From Actinomycetota bacterium (GTDB lineage: Bacteria > Actinomycetota > Actinomycetes > Nanopelagicales > Nanopelagicaceae), in contig VGBN01000001.1 in NCBI GenBank assembly GCA_016870455.1, forward strand, positions 5,344-69,343: a DNA stretch of 64,000 bases. The letters are read 5' to 3'. The notes under the pieces are model-generated. The model did not search any database, was not told the DNA's origin, and worked only from the letters and a program-made list of their open reading frames with translations. Shown here in pieces: positions 59,081 through 64,000 of the stretch; the first letter of the stretch is position 1, and every line of letters begins with the position of its first letter. The translations under genes and the position numbers were made by a program.

Positions 59081-59983
59081 ATGCGCGCTAAGTTTGTAAT
59101 GAGTGAGGTTGGTATAGGCCTGCGCCGAAACCTAACCATGACCTTTGCAGTGATAATTACCGTTGCAATTTCACTATCTCTACTTGGCATTGGCTTACTT
59201 GCAAACTCGCAGGTGCGGGTAATGAAGGATTACTGGTATGACAAGATTGAGGTTTCAATATTTCTCTGTGGCTCTCTATCTGAGGGACAATCATGTGCCA
59301 ATGGTGTGATTACCCAGGAACAAAAGATTGGAATTCAACGAGATCTGCAAGCACTTCCAGTTGTGCAAGAGGTTTACTATGAGTCACAAACTGAGGCTTT
59401 TAAAAGATTTCAGGAGAGATTTGAAGGCTCAGCTATTGCGCAAAATGTCACTGCAGATCAATTACCTGAATCATTTAGGGTAAAGCTCAAAGACCCAACT
59501 AAGTTTGCAGTAATTGAAAGTGCCTTTGCCGGCCGACCAGGTGTAGATATTGTGCAAGATCAGCGGGCGATTTTGGAGAAATTTTTTAGATTACTAGGTG
59601 TATTGCGTAATGGTGCGATTGCAATTGGCGCTGCCTCAGTGTTAACCGCTGCCTTACTGATTAGCAACACCTTACGAATTGCTGCCTTTAATAGAAGACG
59701 TGAGACTGGGGTGATGAAATTAGTTGGCGCATCTAGTTTTTCAATCCAACTCCCATTTTTATTAGAGGGAATCTTCGCTGCCCTCTTTGGCTGGCTGGTT
59801 TCAACTGGGGTGCTATCTGGCTTTAAAGCGGTGGTGGATGCAAAGGTGGCACCACTTTTAACCTTTACTCAGTTTTTCACCTGGCGTGATGTTTGGGTAG
59901 CAAGTGCTTGGCTACTTCTAACTGGATTGTTTGTCTCCGGGTTAGCTTCAGTGCTTACCTTGCGTAAATACCTAAAGGTGTAA
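59081..59983 (+). CDS. ftsX: Cell division permease FtsX
   Basis: [29 protein letters not shown]; follows ftsE. Confidence 0.95.
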   Translation: MRAKFVMSEVGIGLRRNLTMTFAVIITVAISLSLLGIGLLANSQVRVMKDYWYDKIEVSIFLCGSLSEGQSCANGVITQEQKIGIQRDLQALPVVQEVYYESQTEAFKRFQERFEGSAIAQNVTADQLPESFRVKLKDPTKFAVIESAFAGRPGVDIVQDQRAILEKFFRLLGVLRNGAIAIGAASVLTAALLISNTLRIAAFNRRRETGVMKLVGASSFSIQLPFLLEGIFAALFGWLVSTGVLSGFKAVVDAKVAPLLTFTQFFTWRDVWVASAWLLLTGLFVSGLASVLTLRKYLKV

Positions 59984-60012
59984 TCACCTCCGCACAACTT
60001 AAAGATTGGGGG

Positions 60013-60534
60013 TTGCTTGTGGTTAAAGAGTTAGGCAAGAAGGTAATTGCCCAAAATAAGAGCGCCCGTCATGATTACTTTATTGAAGAGATCTTTGAGT
60101 GTGGTTTAGTGCTAACTGGCACTGAGGTTAAATCATTAAGAGCAGGCCGTGCCTCCTTAACTGATGGTTATGCCATGGCAAAGGATGGTGAGATTTGGGT
60201 TAGTGGTATCCATATCCCTGAGTACAACCAGGGCTCTTGGACAAACCATCCACCACGAAGGGATCGCAAATTACTTCTTCACAGAAGAGAGATTGCCCAA
60301 ATATCAGGTGTAATTAAACAGGGTGGATTAACCCTTATCCCGCTCTCACTTTACTTTAAAGATGGTAAAGCAAAGGTTGAAATTGCTGTTGCAAAGGGCA
60401 AGAAAGCACATGACAAGCGAAATACATTGATGCAGCAACAGATGACCCGCGAGGTTAACCGAGAGTTATCCAGGCGAAACTCAGGTAAATCAAGTAGCTC
60501 AAACCGTAAAAAATCTGATGAAGATTACGATTAG
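60013..60534 (+). CDS. smpB: SsrA-binding protein
   Basis: [33 protein letters not shown]; start may be GTG 60019. Confidence 0.96.
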   Translation: MLVVKELGKKVIAQNKSARHDYFIEEIFECGLVLTGTEVKSLRAGRASLTDGYAMAKDGEIWVSGIHIPEYNQGSWTNHPPRRDRKLLLHRREIAQISGVIKQGGLTLIPLSLYFKDGKAKVEIAVAKGKKAHDKRNTLMQQQMTREVNRELSRRNSGKSSSSNRKKSDEDYD

Positions 60535-60619
60535 TAACCAAATTACCAGTATTTAAAAATAGGTTGTAAAATAACCCCTTCACACAACTAAATATTGAAA
60601 GGTAATTCGCTTTAATCTT

Positions 60620-60992
60620 GGGGGTGAACGGTCTCGACTTTAGTCGTTACTTCAAGGCAAGCGGGCCGAGGAAGCCGTGATGATCTCGTTAACCACAAAA
60701 ACATGGCAAACTATAAGCGCAAGTAAAACTGCCGCTGATTATCAACTAGCTGCCTAAGCTAGCTCTGTTATCCGTTACCCGAAGTTTGTTCTCGCCTTCG
60801 GATCTAACGTCGCCAGGGAACTTACCTGCTAATCGTGTTACGGAGGTTAGCGGGGACAATTATCTGTAACTGAGTCCGCAAACTACTTGTGCATGTGAGA
60901 GTTTGGACTGAGAACGCGTTAATTGCACTACGCCCGTAGAAACTTTGAATTAGTGCTAGAGGACCCGGGTTCGATTCCCGGCACCTCCACCA
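60620..60992 (+). ncRNA. ssrA: tmRNA; tag reading frame 60719-60757 encodes (A)ASKTAADYQLAA
   Basis: 5' GGGGGTGAACGG..TCGAC; 3' T-arm GGTTCGATTCC; acceptor CACCTCC-ACCA with G3-U pair; tag ends LAA*; downstream of smpB. Confidence 0.96.
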
Positions 60993-60993
60993 T

Positions 60994-61266
60994 TTATAAC
61001 TTTGGAATTACCCTAATGATTCGATAGATGGCAATTACTGCAGTTATTACGCCAAAGCTGCCAATAACTCTTGCCCCTAGCGAGTCCACATTTATCATTA
61101 AAAAAACTCCAATAAAAATTGCAATCGCAGCAATTAAAAATGCCAAAATCTTTATCACCGCAAGTGGCAAAAGCCGTTGCGGTAAAAAGGTAAGCGCCAA
61201 TGAGATAGGTCCACCCAAGGCAGTTAGCGCAACAATCAGACTTGCTAGCAGGGCTAGGGATTCCAA
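60994..61266 (-). CDS. Small hypothetical membrane protein (3 TM)
   Basis: 90-aa hydrophobic ORF filling the gap between aceE and ssrA. Confidence 0.7.
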   Translation of the reverse strand: MESLALLASLIVALTALGGPISLALTFLPQRLLPLAVIKILAFLIAAIAIFIGVFLMINVDSLGARVIGSFGVITAVIAIYRIIRVIPKL

Positions 61267-61274
61267 AAGTTTAT

Positions 61275-63995
61275 TTACCCAGATCCTTCAGTATTACCAG
61301 CATCAGCAGCTGTCACATCATTTATCTGATACTTCTTTATAGCTTTCTTCACCTTACGTTTGCTGATTAATCCCTCTTTTTCTAATTGGGAGAGGGCGGC
61401 AATAGTTATTGACTCAGCATCGACTTTAAAGTGGCGACGAAGTGCACCTCTTGTATCTGATAGACCAAAGCCATCTGTGCCAAGAGAGTAGAAAGGTTGT
61501 TTAACCCAAGGTGAGATTTGATCCTGTACCGATCTCATAAAATCACTCACCGCAATTACTGGTCCCTTTTCCCGCTTTAACTTCTTAGTTACATAAGCTG
61601 TGATCTTCTTATCTGGGTTTAACAAATTGTGTCGATCAACTGCCAGCCCATCTCGGCGCAACTCATTCCAAGAGGTAACAGAGTAGATAGTTGCTGCCAC
61701 CTTAAAATCATCATTTAGAAGTTTTTGTGCCTTAAGCGCCCAATTAACACCTACGCCAGAGGCCAGGATCGCTACCTTTTTATTGCGCCACCTAATTGGT
61801 TTTTTAAGAAGATACATACCTTTTAGTAACCCATCTACATCTAATTTTTCAGGCTCTGCTGGCTGTTGGTATGGCTCGTTATAAACAGTTAGGTAGTAGT
61901 AGATATTTTCACTATTTTCCCCATACATTCTTCTTAAACCATCTTTAACAATATGGCCCAGCTCATAACCAAATGCTGGGTCATAGGAAATTACCGCAGG
62001 GTTTGTCGATGCCAGCAACAATGAGTGACCATCTTGGTGTTGCAAACCCTCACCATTTAATGTGGTCCGACCAGCAGTTGCGCCAAGTACAAATCCTCGG
62101 GCAAGTTGATCACTAGCTGCCCAAAATGAGTCACCAGTTCGTTGGAAACCAAACATTGAGTAGAAGATATAAATTGGAATCATTGGTTCATCATGGGTTG
62201 AGTAAGAAGAGCCAACTGCGGTAAATGAGGCAACAGAGCCAGCCTCATTAATTCCCTCATGCAAGATCACACCCTCTTTTGACTCTTTGTAGGAGAGCAT
62301 TAACTCCCGATCAACTGAGGTGTAACTCTGACCATGTGGTGAGTAGATCTTTAAGGTTGGAAATAATGAATCCATACCAAAGGTTCTTGCCTCATCTGGA
62401 ATGATCGGCACAAATCGCTTACCAATATTTGGATCTTTAATTAAGTCTTTAAGTAATCTAACAAATGCCATAGTGGTGGCAACCTCCTGGGTGCCAGAGC
62501 CACGTTTTACCGATTCATAACTTTCATCCTTTGGTTGCAGCAAGGGCTTTGAAACACTTCTTCTTGCTGGTAAGAAACCACCTAACTCTTTGCGACGAGC
62601 CATCATGTATTGATACTCAGGAGATTCAATGCCAGGGTGGCAATAAGGAGGCAACTTGGCATCTAACTCTTCATCCTTTAACGGGATAAACAATCGATCT
62701 CTGAATACCTTTAAATCATCCAAGGTCATCTTCTTCATCTGATGAGTTGAGTTTCTTGCCTCAAAGTGTGAGCCCAAGGTCCAACCCTTAATAGTTTTAG
62801 CCAAAATTACAGTTGGCCGGCCATTATGTTCACTAGCTGCTTTATATGCGGCATATAGTTTTTGATAATCATGGCCGCCACGTTTTAAGTTCCAAATATC
62901 ATCATCACTCCATGAGGCAACCATGGCCGCAGTTCTTGGATCTCTGCCAAAGAAGTTCTCTCTAACAAATGCACCATTTTCAGATTTAAAGGTTTGGAAA
63001 TCCCCATCTGGAGTTTTATTCATTAAATCAACTAATGCACCCTCACGATCTGCTGCCAGCAGCGGATCCCACTCACGTCCCCAAACCACTTTAATCACAT
63101 TCCAACCAGCACCACCAAAGATTGACTCCAGCTCTTGAATGATCTTGCCATTACCGCGAACTGGGCCATCTAATCTTTGTAAATTACAGTTGATAACAAA
63201 GGTTAAGTTATCCAATCCCTCCCGGGCAGCAAGTGAGATAGCACTTAGGGTCTCTGGCTCATCAATCTCACCATCTCCTAAAAATGCCCAGACATTTTGA
63301 TCACTTGTGTCCTTAAAACCGCGGGCAGCTAAGTAGCGATTAAATCTTGCTTGATAAATCGCATTAATTGGGCCAAGTCCCATTGAGACAGTTGGGAACT
63401 GCCAAAACTCTGGCATAAGTCTTGGATGTGGATAGGAAGATAAGCCACCACCTGAATGTGACAACTCTTGGCGGAAGCCATCTAATTGTTTTTGGGTAAG
63501 ACGACCTTCCATAAAAGCTCTGGCATACATACCAGGGGAGGCGTGTCCTTGGAAAAATATCTGATCGCCACCACCTGGATGATCTTTGCCGCGGAAGAAG
63601 TGATTAAATCCAACCTCATATAAAGAGGCACTTGATGCATAAGTTGAAATATGTCCACCAACACCAACACCAGGTCGTTGGGCTCGGTGCACCATCACCG
63701 CTGCATTCCATCTGATAAAGGCACGAATTCTTCTCTCTAGGTACTCATCACCTGGAAAGGTTGGCTCTAATGCTGGTGGAATTGTGTTTATGTAATCGGT
63801 AGTGCGAAGACCTGAGACACCAACATTTTTTTCATTTGCTCTTTGCAGCAATGAAAGCATTAAGTAACGAGCTCTAACCGGTCCGGCATTTTTTAACACC
63901 GCATCAAAGGATTGGCGCCACTCAGAACTCTCAGTTGGGTCGGTATCAACTAGCTGGTCCACCAGGTGGTCTGGGGCCTTAAAGTTTTCGCTCAC
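61275..63995 (-). CDS. aceE: Pyruvate dehydrogenase E1 component (homodimeric)
   Basis: [32 protein letters not shown] motif, GEGLQHQDG. Confidence 0.97.
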   Translation of the reverse strand: MSENFKAPDHLVDQLVDTDPTESSEWRQSFDAVLKNAGPVRARYLMLSLLQRANEKNVGVSGLRTTDYINTIPPALEPTFPGDEYLERRIRAFIRWNAAVMVHRAQRPGVGVGGHISTYASSASLYEVGFNHFFRGKDHPGGGDQIFFQGHASPGMYARAFMEGRLTQKQLDGFRQELSHSGGGLSSYPHPRLMPEFWQFPTVSMGLGPINAIYQARFNRYLAARGFKDTSDQNVWAFLGDGEIDEPETLSAISLAAREGLDNLTFVINCNLQRLDGPVRGNGKIIQELESIFGGAGWNVIKVVWGREWDPLLAADREGALVDLMNKTPDGDFQTFKSENGAFVRENFFGRDPRTAAMVASWSDDDIWNLKRGGHDYQKLYAAYKAASEHNGRPTVILAKTIKGWTLGSHFEARNSTHQMKKMTLDDLKVFRDRLFIPLKDEELDAKLPPYCHPGIESPEYQYMMARRKELGGFLPARRSVSKPLLQPKDESYESVKRGSGTQEVATTMAFVRLLKDLIKDPNIGKRFVPIIPDEARTFGMDSLFPTLKIYSPHGQSYTSVDRELMLSYKESKEGVILHEGINEAGSVASFTAVGSSYSTHDEPMIPIYIFYSMFGFQRTGDSFWAASDQLARGFVLGATAGRTTLNGEGLQHQDGHSLLLASTNPAVISYDPAFGYELGHIVKDGLRRMYGENSENIYYYLTVYNEPYQQPAEPEKLDVDGLLKGMYLLKKPIRWRNKKVAILASGVGVNWALKAQKLLNDDFKVAATIYSVTSWNELRRDGLAVDRHNLLNPDKKITAYVTKKLKREKGPVIAVSDFMRSVQDQISPWVKQPFYSLGTDGFGLSDTRGALRRHFKVDAESITIAALSQLEKEGLISKRKVKKAIKKYQINDVTAADAGNTEGSG

Positions 63996-64000
63996 GGGCT

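Noticed and set aside
60960-61275. Integrated element at the tmRNA 3' end
   Set aside because: No integrase and no duplicated 3' end; a small membrane gene and aceE follow directly.
1-64000. CRISPR array, IS element, prophage, rRNA or tRNA
   Set aside because: No repeat-spacer pattern, transposase or phage gene seen; the only T-arm/CCA motif belongs to tmRNA.

Overview
Gene-dense, low-GC (roughly 40% by eye) chromosomal segment from a streamlined actinobacterium. WhiB proteins, MtrAB, MshB, PdtaS, DUF3117/DUF3107/DUF3499 and tiny intergenic gaps point to the freshwater acI lineage (Ca. Nanopelagicales); this is inference. The window is mostly core genome: a deoxyribonucleoside salvage operon (punA, mutase, deoC, two ALDHs), envelope glycan genes, dapD/dapC, htrA-tatB-mrp, mshB, cysS, whiB2 with a glycosylation cluster, ahcY-mtrAB-comF-secA, pdtaS/whiB1, msrAB, an omega-amino-acid catabolic cluster, Tad/Flp pilin genes, prfB-ftsEX-smpB-tmRNA and aceE. 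I found no integrase, transposase, prophage or CRISPR array. Items worth a second look are pervasive leaderless promoters, an eroded PurK-like protein without purE, a probable deletion scar at DUF1003, dapC lacking a canonical start and in frame with fdxA, an atypical-family ahcY with a structured leader, a stand-alone sigma region-4 protein, a split Tad pilus set, an unannotated 48-aa membrane protein and a structured leader or uORF before an orphan aminotransferase.
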